The translations under genes were made by a program, and so were the position numbers. DNA of 32,000 nucleotides from Nitrosococcus oceani ATCC 19707 (GTDB taxonomy: Bacteria; Pseudomonadota; Gammaproteobacteria; Nitrosococcales; Nitrosococcaceae), in NCBI RefSeq assembly GCF_000012805.1, contig NC_007484.1:1800001-1832000 (forward strand), read 5' to 3'. Shown in pieces: positions 25,534-32,000 of the stretch. Each line of letters opens with the position of its first letter. The stretch's first letter is position 1. A model generated the notes under the pieces. That model saw only the letters and a program-made list of their open reading frames with translations, searched no databases and had not been told where the DNA came from.

Positions 25534-25620
25534 TGTGACATAACTAAGGGCTAATGTTGTCTATTATTAAAACATAGTCATTCATCTATTTCTTATTCTT
25601 AATGGGATCCCCTCTTTTTT

Positions 25621-27000
25621 GTGTTTACTAGCAAACGGTATTTTTGGATATTAGGGCCTCTCGTTTGCCTCTTTTTAGGGGGAGCAGTTCCAGCACAGCA
25701 AAATCAGAACCTGACGGGAGCTGCCTTCCTGTTGGATGTCCGAGGTGTTATCGGGCCAGCAACCAGCGATTATGTCCAGCGAGCCATGGCAAGAGGTAGC
25801 GCCGAGGGAGCGGCGCTGATTATTTTGCGAATGGATACCCCGGGCGGACTAGATACAGCCATGCGGGAGATTATCCAGGATATCTTGGCCTCACCAGTAC
25901 CCGTGGTAGGTTATATAGCCCCCAGCGGGGCCCGGGCAGCTAGTGCTGGTACTTATATTATGTATGCTAGTCATATTGCTGCCATGGCGCCTGCTACCAA
26001 TCTAGGGGCTGCAACTCCCGTACATCTCCCTATGGGTGGTCGGCTGCCGGAAAAAACACCGCCGCCAGGGGAGGGAGAAGAAGCCGGTACTTCCTCTGAA
26101 GACACCTTGACCCGTAAGGCGATTAACGATGCGGTAGCTTATATCAAGGGGCTGGCCGCTCAGCGGGGCCGTAATGAGAGATGGGCGGAGAAGGCGGTGC
26201 GGGAGGCTGCTAGTTTATCGGCTCAAGAAGCGCTAGAGATGGAAGTTATTGATCTAATTGCTAGAGACGTTTCTGCTTTACTCAAACGCCTCGATGGACG
26301 TACCGTCGATGTGGTGGGCGGCGAAATGACCTTGCAGACTACCGGTATGACGGTTATCCCGGTTGAACCCAACTGGCGGGATCGCTTATTGGCGATTATC
26401 GCTAACCCCAATGTGGCGTATATTTTGATGTTAGTGGGTATCTATGGGCTAATTTTCGAGATGGCTAATCCAGGTTTTGTTTTGCCGGGGGTGGTAGGAA
26501 CGATTTCTTTGTTGCTGGCGCTTTATGCCTTTCAGGTTTTGCCCATCAGCTCAGCGGGTCTGGCGCTGATGTTATTGGGGATTGCGTTTATGGCTGCTGA
26601 AATATTTGTGCCTAGTTTTGGCGCCTTGGGAATAGGGGGGGTTATTGCTTTTGTAATAGGTTCGGTCATTTTATTGGATACTAATGTGCCGGGTTATGAT
26701 ATTTCCTGGCCCTTAATCGTAGCCGCTGCAGTGAGCAGTGCTGGTTTTCTCTATATGGTCTTGTTCTTGACGGCCCGTTCCCAGCGGCGGCCGGTGGTAA
26801 GCGGTCGGGAACAAATGCTGGGTGCGACGGGAAAAGTGACGGCCGTGTCGGAAGATAAAATAACTGTGCGCGTCCATGGTGAATTGTGGTCGGCTCAGGT
26901 GAGGGAGCCGGTCATATTGGGGCAGCGGGTACGGGTGATGGAGTTGGAGGGATTGGTGCTAATAGTGAAGCCGGAGCTGGAGGAGAATCTTCATGATTGA
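25621..27000 (+). CDS. NfeD-family membrane-bound ClpP-class serine protease
   Basis: 459-aa ORF with a GTG start and a signal/anchor. The ClpP-like domain shows ILRMDTPGG and [22 protein letters not shown]. It has four or more TM segments and a C-terminal OB-fold-like domain ([23 protein letters not shown]). Its last 8 nt overlap the start of the next gene. Confidence 0.85.
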   Translation: MFTSKRYFWILGPLVCLFLGGAVPAQQNQNLTGAAFLLDVRGVIGPATSDYVQRAMARGSAEGAALIILRMDTPGGLDTAMREIIQDILASPVPVVGYIAPSGARAASAGTYIMYASHIAAMAPATNLGAATPVHLPMGGRLPEKTPPPGEGEEAGTSSEDTLTRKAINDAVAYIKGLAAQRGRNERWAEKAVREAASLSAQEALEMEVIDLIARDVSALLKRLDGRTVDVVGGEMTLQTTGMTVIPVEPNWRDRLLAIIANPNVAYILMLVGIYGLIFEMANPGFVLPGVVGTISLLLALYAFQVLPISSAGLALMLLGIAFMAAEIFVPSFGALGIGGVIAFVIGSVILLDTNVPGYDISWPLIVAAAVSSAGFLYMVLFLTARSQRRPVVSGREQMLGATGKVTAVSEDKITVRVHGELWSAQVREPVILGQRVRVMELEGLVLIVKPELEENLHD

Positions 27001-27763
27001 GACGTTTTTATATGTGCTGGCGATTGTCATCGCTTTTCTGATCCTCTCTATCCGTATTCTACGGGAATATGAGCGGGGCGTGGTTTTTATGCTAGGGCGA
27101 TTTTGGAAGGTTAAGGGGCCCGGCCTCATTATTCTTATTCCCGGTATTCAGCAGATGGTTAAAGTGTCTTTACGAATTGTGGTGTTGGATGTTCCCAGCC
27201 AGGATGTGATATCCAAAGACAACGTGTCTGTGAAAGTTAACGCGGTCGTTTACTTTCGCGCAGTGGACCCCGAAAAATCTATTATCCAGGTAGAAGATTA
27301 TCATCAAGCCATTAGCCAATTAGCCCAGACTACCTTGCGTTCGGTATTAGGTCAGCATGATTTGGATGAAATGCTGACGGAGCGGGATAAGCTCAATAAC
27401 GATATCCAGGAAATTTTGGATGAACAAACTGACGCCTGGGGAGTCAAGGTTTCCAATGTGGAGATCAAGCACATGGATCTGGATGAAAGCATGATTCGCG
27501 CTATCGCTCAGCAGGCTGAAGCTGAGCGTTCCCGGCGGGCCAAGGTTATCAATGCGGAGGGGGAACAACAAGCCGCCGGCAGGCTGCTGGAGGCTGCCCG
27601 GATTTTGTCGGCGGATCCAAGGGCGATCCAGTTGCGTTATCTACAAACTCTTAAAGATATTTCTAATCAGCAAAGTTCCACCATTGTTTTTCCTCTACCT
27701 CTCGAGCTGATTACGCCGTTACTGGAAGCTACCTCTAAGCGGCAACATAAAGGGGGAGAGTAA
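26993..27763 (+). CDS. SPFH/band-7 (stomatin-like) protein
   Basis: 256-aa ORF with an N-terminal TM helix, then [34 protein letters not shown]... and the coiled-coil [24 protein letters not shown]. It forms the classical operon pair with nfeD, with an ATGATTGA overlap. Confidence 0.9.
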   Translation: MIETFLYVLAIVIAFLILSIRILREYERGVVFMLGRFWKVKGPGLIILIPGIQQMVKVSLRIVVLDVPSQDVISKDNVSVKVNAVVYFRAVDPEKSIIQVEDYHQAISQLAQTTLRSVLGQHDLDEMLTERDKLNNDIQEILDEQTDAWGVKVSNVEIKHMDLDESMIRAIAQQAEAERSRRAKVINAEGEQQAAGRLLEAARILSADPRAIQLRYLQTLKDISNQQSSTIVFPLPLELITPLLEATSKRQHKGGE

Positions 27764-27778
27764 GCGCAAAAGGAATTA

Positions 27779-29125
27779 TTGATGGGAACTTGGTGGCAAG
27801 GCGCCAAAGCGCGCCTGAAACAGGTATTGCAGCCTTCCGAAGGGAGAGGGGAAGATCGTTGGCGTACTTTTTTACGGCACAAGGCGAAGCTTATATATGC
27901 GGTGTCGGGGGAATTTTTTAAGGGCGATCTCACTTTACAGGCGACCAGCCTGGTTTACACGACGCTGCTCTCTCTGGCGCCGTTGTTGGCGGTCAGTTTC
28001 TCTGTACTCAAAGCTTTTGGCATCCACAACGAAATAGAGCCGGTGTTGCATCATTTTCTATTGCCTTTGGGACCAAGGGGTGAGGAAATTACTACCAAAA
28101 TTATCCAGTATGTGGAAAATTTGAAGGTAGGGGTGTTGGGATCGGTGGGTGTAGGACTGCTTTTTTATACGGTCCTTTCCCTTATCCAGAAAGTTGAAGG
28201 CGCTTTTAATCATGTCTGGCGGATTAAGGCGGAGCGTCCCTTTGTGCGCCGCTTTAGCGATTATCTTAGCGTACTCTTGATTGGCCCCGTACTGGTATTT
28301 TCGGCGGTGGGAGCGACCGCCTCGGTAATGCAAACCAGTTTTATTCAGACTCTCTTGGAGTTTGAACTTTTGGGTAAGACGTTGGTAGTGGTGAGTAAAT
28401 TATTGCCCTACCTATTGGTTATTGGTGGCTTTACCTTTGTCTACCTTTTTCTTCCCAATACTAAGGTGAAGTTAGGCAGTGCTGTGGTGGGGGGCGTAGT
28501 GGCTGGCATACTATGGGAGAGTATTGGAATTCTTTTTGCCTTTTTTGTCGCAACCTCCACCAAATACGATGCTATTTATTCCAGCTTGGCCATCTTGATT
28601 CTTTTTATGATTTGGCTCTATATTAGCTGGCTTATTCTTTTGGTGGGGGCACAGGTAGCTTACTATCACCAAAATCCTCGCATGATAGGCTTGGCGCAGA
28701 AAGATCCCTTACCCTTGAGTAATCGCCTTAAAGAGCGGGTAGTATTGCTTATTCTGCTGCGAGTGGGAGAGGTGTTCCATCAGGGTTGCCCTCCGCCTAC
28801 ATTAGAGAGCTTGGTTAAGCAGCTTGGTCTTCCCGGTTATTTAATCGAAGATATTATAGAATCTTTGAAGAGCGCGCGTCTTGTAACTGAAACTGGTGCT
28901 GAACCTCCAGGTTACCTGCTGAGCAAAGATCCGGCTACCGTAACCATACGAAAAGTGCTAGATATTATTCGGCGAGCCGAAGAACGACAATTTCCTCTTG
29001 AATCGCTCCTCTTTAAAGCGCCTGCCGTGGATGGGATAATGGAAAAAGTTGAGCAAGCTTTAGATCAAGCCATGGAAAAAGCTACTTTAAAAGATTTAAT
29101 AGGGGATAGACAAGAAGCTAGCTAG
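27779..29125 (+). CDS. YihY/BrkB-family membrane protein with an extra C-terminal soluble domain of about 130 aa
   Basis: 448-aa ORF. The YihY-type core includes DLTLQATSLVYTTLLSLAPLLAVSFSVLKAFG and LILFMIWLYISWLILLVGAQVAY. The C-terminal region (..LESLVKQLGLPGYLIEDIIESLKSARLV..) looks like a winged helix. Confidence 0.8.
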   Translation: MMGTWWQGAKARLKQVLQPSEGRGEDRWRTFLRHKAKLIYAVSGEFFKGDLTLQATSLVYTTLLSLAPLLAVSFSVLKAFGIHNEIEPVLHHFLLPLGPRGEEITTKIIQYVENLKVGVLGSVGVGLLFYTVLSLIQKVEGAFNHVWRIKAERPFVRRFSDYLSVLLIGPVLVFSAVGATASVMQTSFIQTLLEFELLGKTLVVVSKLLPYLLVIGGFTFVYLFLPNTKVKLGSAVVGGVVAGILWESIGILFAFFVATSTKYDAIYSSLAILILFMIWLYISWLILLVGAQVAYYHQNPRMIGLAQKDPLPLSNRLKERVVLLILLRVGEVFHQGCPPPTLESLVKQLGLPGYLIEDIIESLKSARLVTETGAEPPGYLLSKDPATVTIRKVLDIIRRAEERQFPLESLLFKAPAVDGIMEKVEQALDQAMEKATLKDLIGDRQEAS

Positions 29126-29213
29126 GTGGCGTGCGGCGCTGGTTTTGTCTAGGTAACGCCTTTTAGGATATGTTTGTAGACGTTACGGGTTAAGTTAGTG
29201 AAGCATAATAGCT

Positions 29214-29504
29214 TCAGGGCAGAGTTATTCGGGCTTTTTCTCCGCGTCGGTAAAATATGCCTATCCTACCGATAACCTGCACTAGCTCTGCTTGCGTGAC
29301 CTGAAGAACATGTTTAATCATTGCCGATCGCTCTTCTCGCTCTGCATCGTGCATTTTTATTTTAATTAGTTCATGGTGTTCTAATGAGCCCGCAATTTCA
29401 TCTAGCACGGCTTTTGTTATTCCACTTTGGCCGACGATGACCACGGGTTTTAGAGAGTGAGCTAGTGTGCGTAAATAGCGCGTTTGATTTTTAGTAAGAG
29501 GCAT
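29214..29504 (-). CDS. yhbY: ribosome-assembly RNA-binding protein YhbY (CRM domain)
   Basis: 96-aa ORF. LTKNQTRYLRTLAHSLKPVVIVGQSGITKAVLDEIAGSLEHHELIKIKM...GRIGIFYR matches the YhbY/CRS1 domain pattern. Confidence 0.85.
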   Translation of the reverse strand: MPLTKNQTRYLRTLAHSLKPVVIVGQSGITKAVLDEIAGSLEHHELIKIKMHDAEREERSAMIKHVLQVTQAELVQVIGRIGIFYRRGEKARITLP

Positions 29505-29914
29505 ATAGCTGTCTTTAGTAATACTCTTAGGCAGTTCTTAGTCAAGATAGTATACGGTTAATTTGATGATGGCACCAACACGATTCTTGGATTTAACATT
29601 CGATAACCTCATTGGTGAGTGGTACTCATCCTGGGTCTCCTCGGCGTGGATTAAATAGTGATTAACCGGCTATTATTTCTAATATTTGAAGCTGATATTT
29701 TTAGTGAGATGGTGTGGAAGGGAGATGGTTATTGCGTTATAGTCTGCACTAGTTTTGTGGTAACAAATCAACCTTGGCAGGTATCGTTCTATAGCTGCTA
29801 GGGACTGGGATAATCGGCGGAAAGCGTATGGTAGCAACGGGCAGAGGAAGCGCTATTGCCGACTCGAACAAATAACAAATTGCACCTTGGGGTGCCTCTG
29901 AAGGTGGGCCGCAG

Positions 29915-30454
29915 ATGTTCTCAAATGTCATTAATTTTAGCAAAACATTATATGCTATATTCCAGCTAGAGGCTGGGCCGCAAAAATTGCCTTCCTCACT
30001 TCCGCTCTTAGGTGGTAGTTTGATCCTTTATGTTTTATGTCGGCTATGGGTAGGAACCTTTGACTACTCGGCAGGGGCTGCGGGATTTTTGGGGGTATTC
30101 GACGCCGTTTTACTGGTTTTAATGGCAAGCGTGCCTCTGCTATTGCTTAAACGCGGTGATCGAATAGTGCAAACCGTGACGGCATTGGTCTGTGTCGGTA
30201 TTGCGGTGAGTCTCGCCGATTTATTCCTTTTATTTCTTTTAAGCGATTTACCACTTCCTGTTTCTGAAGAGCGTATGGACGGACTTCTCAGTTTTTTGAC
30301 CTTTCCAGTTCTGCTGTGGAGATTGCTCATGAATACTACCTTACTGAGGTATGCTTTATCCTGGGGTTTTATGAGTGCTTTCGCTTTAGCGGTAGGGCAT
30401 TTAGCGGTTGTAGGTTTTCTGGGGGGGAGGTTGGCCTCTAGCTTGATGGGATAA
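29915..30454 (+). CDS. integral membrane protein (about 5 TM helices), function unknown
   Basis: 179-aa ORF preceded by GAAGGTGG. It has several hydrophobic helices. I do not confidently recognise the family. Confidence 0.6.
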   Translation: MFSNVINFSKTLYAIFQLEAGPQKLPSSLPLLGGSLILYVLCRLWVGTFDYSAGAAGFLGVFDAVLLVLMASVPLLLLKRGDRIVQTVTALVCVGIAVSLADLFLLFLLSDLPLPVSEERMDGLLSFLTFPVLLWRLLMNTTLLRYALSWGFMSAFALAVGHLAVVGFLGGRLASSLMG

Positions 30455-30469
30455 GATTAGGTATCCGTT

Positions 30470-30499
30470 GTGGGACAGCCCACTTCTTTTTGGTTTTTA
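30470..30499 (+). terminator. possible rho-independent terminator after the membrane-protein gene
   Basis: GTGGG-acag-CCCAC followed by TTCTTTTTGGTTTTT. The stem is short (5 bp) but the T-rich tract is long. It starts 16 nt after the stop codon. Confidence 0.45.
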
Positions 30500-30563
30500 C
30501 TCTGCTTCTATCAACGGTGTTTCTTGCAAAATAGAGGATGACTGTTGAGTAGGAGATATATCT

Positions 30564-32000
30564 CTGGATGAAGGAACTTCGGCCCTCAGCTATGCTGTCC
30601 ATGGCCGTGTAGTTGCCAAGTACTTGGGTCAGTTACTCGCTATGCTTGCGATTCTGACCTTAGCTCCTCTGGGAGCATCGATCATTTTTAATGAATATGC
30701 GTTAAGCATTCGTTACCTTGCCATTGTCCTTGTTTTAAGTTTTTTGGCTATTCCTTTGGCGCGATTATCTGTACCTGTCCAAGTGCAGGTCAACGAAGCT
30801 TTAGTAGTGGTGGTCCTTACTTTTATCCTAGCACCGTTAGTGATGAGCTTTGCCCTTATGGGCGAGGGCCTCTCCTTTTTGGATGCTTTTTTTGAAGCTG
30901 TGTCCGCGATTACGACCACAGGGTTATCCACTTTAGCAAGCGTTGAGGATAAATCCCAAACTTTTCTGTTTGCCCGGGCTTGGATGCAGTGGTACGGTGG
31001 TCTAGGGATCGTTGTATTGTCTGTGGCCTTGTTAATGGGACAGCATATAGCAGCCCGGCGGCTCACTGAACCTATGGGAGGAGCTGATGATGGCTGGGTT
31101 ACTACGGCAAGAGCTCATGCCCGGCGGATGTTAGTCGTTTATGGCGTGTTAACCGGCTGGGGGCTATGGGTCCTGTGGATGGTTGAGGGGGATTTTTCAT
31201 GGGCTCTAAATTATGCGCTCTCTGCCGTTTCCACGGGCGGTTTTTCTCCTTCAGATAAAAGTTTGCTGGGGTTGGATACCAGTTTTGCTCGCTGGGCAAT
31301 TATCTTATTGGCTTTGGCTGGAGCCATTCCCTTACCGCTTTACTATCTTATTTACCACTTCGGCTGGCGCCAAGCCTTGGGGAAGCGAGGATTGCGTATT
31401 TTTGATATGGAATTACGGGCCTTGGTATTGATTGGTTTGGCAGGCAGCGGAGTTCTTGCATGGCTTCTTTGTTCCTCGCTAGGTTTACCGTGGATGGAGA
31501 GTGTTTTCCAGGGCTTGTTGTTGGGATTTTCTGCCCAGACCACGGCTGGTTTTAGTTCGCTGGAAGTTGCTGAACTTGATTCTGGTTCAAAATTACTGTT
31601 GATAGGCATGATGGGTATAGGCGGGGGAGTCGGTTCTACCGCTGGAGGTATCAAGATATTGCGGCTATTGATTTTTCTGCGTTTGGTGCAATTCCTTATA
31701 CAGGGCACCGCTCTCCCTCCTCAAGCCGTACATAAGCCCAAGCTAGCAGGAAGAATTTTGCAGGAAGAAGAAATTCGACAGGTGCTGTTACTGATTTTAT
31801 TGTTTGGGATGGTGGTTTGGTGTTCCTGGTTTCTGTTAGTGCTATTTGGCGCGCTTCCGCTGGATGCGTTTTTCGAGGTGGTATCGGCGACGGGAACCGT
31901 GGGTCTTTCCACTGGTATTACCGCACCCGATCTGCACCCTCTGTTGAAGCTCTTGCTTTGCCTGGATATGTTATTCGGCCGATTAGAGATTATTGCGCTG
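30564..32000 (+). CDS. trkH: TrkH/KtrB-family potassium transporter subunit (partial; continues past the right edge; start codon uncertain)
   Basis: Manual translation gives one open frame from 30549 to the window end. It is not in the track because it has no stop. The four selectivity-filter-type repeats are AITTTGLS, SAVSTGGFS, AQTTAGFS and SATGTVGLSTG, plus GSTAGGIKILR and GRLEI. The first canonical in-frame starts are TTG at 30624 and ATG at 30642. AGGAG at 30551..30555 would fit a CTG start at 30564. Confidence 0.85.
   Translation, partial: MDEGTSALSYAVHGRVVAKYLGQLLAMLAILTLAPLGASIIFNEYALSIRYLAIVLVLSFLAIPLARLSVPVQVQVNEALVVVVLTFILAPLVMSFALMGEGLSFLDAFFEAVSAITTTGLSTLASVEDKSQTFLFARAWMQWYGGLGIVVLSVALLMGQHIAARRLTEPMGGADDGWVTTARAHARRMLVVYGVLTGWGLWVLWMVEGDFSWALNYALSAVSTGGFSPSDKSLLGLDTSFARWAIILLALAGAIPLPLYYLIYHFGWRQALGKRGLRIFDMELRALVLIGLAGSGVLAWLLCSSLGLPWMESVFQGLLLGFSAQTTAGFSSLEVAELDSGSKLLLIGMMGIGGGVGSTAGGIKILRLLIFLRLVQFLIQGTALPPQAVHKPKLAGRILQEEEIRQVLLLILLFGMVVWCSWFLLVLFGALPLDAFFEVVSATGTVGLSTGITAPDLHPLLKLLLCLDMLFGRLEIIAL

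Noticed and set aside
25534-25620. A search for a TPP riboswitch upstream of thiSG.
   Set aside because: The spacer is only 87 bp and AT-rich. It lacks the conserved CUGAGA / ACCUGA-type TPP elements as far as I can see by eye.
29575-29664. A 29-codon ORF (MMAPTRFLDLTFDNLIGEWYSSWVSSAWIK) in the long yhbY-upstream spacer.
   Set aside because: It has no Shine-Dalgarno sequence and no recognisable family, and it is too short to support from sequence alone.
30713-31912. The - strand ORFs 30713..31066, 31102..31299, 31352..31708 and 31721..31912, and the + strand ORF 31213..31431.
   Set aside because: All overlap the uninterrupted trkH frame, which carries the four TrkH/KtrB pore-loop motifs. 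They are shadow ORFs.
1-32000. A scan for tRNA, rRNA, tmRNA, RNase P RNA, CRISPR repeats, reverse transcriptases, integrases and toxin-antitoxin pairs.
   Set aside because: I saw no T-loop (GGTTCGAATCC-type) signatures in a non-coding context, no regularly spaced direct repeats and no such protein motifs in any frame of the ORF track.

Overview
This looks like a 32-kb chromosomal segment of a proteobacterium with about 50% GC. Gene content suggests a gammaproteobacterium, but I cannot verify that without a search. I found no rRNA, tRNA or CRISPR array, and no recognisable defence, secretion or biosynthetic cluster. About 24 genes look intact. On the - strand these are: a lipoprotein c-type cytochrome (cut by the left edge), an AttH/CrtC-like protein, a DUF3330-like zinc-ribbon protein, an ExeA-like AAA+ ATPase, a type I-beta DAHP synthase, a sigma-54 response regulator and its histidine kinase, a small outer-membrane beta-barrel, a SulP anion transporter, fumC with a small upstream membrane protein, a ThiS-ThiG fusion and yhbY. 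On the + strand these are: a GH15 glucoamylase/trehalase, a class I lysyl-tRNA synthetase, an Slp lipoprotein, an FNR-like regulator, a FixJ/LuxR-type regulator, nfeD plus an SPFH/stomatin gene, a YihY/BrkB-family protein, a membrane protein and trkH (cut by the right edge). Gene decay is unusually dense, with six remnants: a subtilase lacking its catalytic domain, an IS630 transposase, a PrpD/MmgE stub, a nirK fragment, a pspA N-terminal half and a sigma-54 activator missing its Walker A region. The most interesting non-obvious signals are: (1) a perfect FNR box (TTGATaacgATCAA) at class-II distance from a -10-like hexamer, just downstream of the FNR-like gene and upstream of a FixJ-like regulator whose receiver has lost the phospho-acceptor Asp (D->E) and the acidic pocket; (2) a near-consensus sigma-54 promoter in front of the SulP transporter, which sits next to a dedicated beta-barrel and a sigma-54 two-component pair; (3) a perfect 17-bp inverted repeat in the AT-rich region upstream of the decayed psp locus. 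All functional calls rest on motif recognition by eye, with no database search. I do not see a clearly novel multi-gene system, and I have scored the candidates accordingly.
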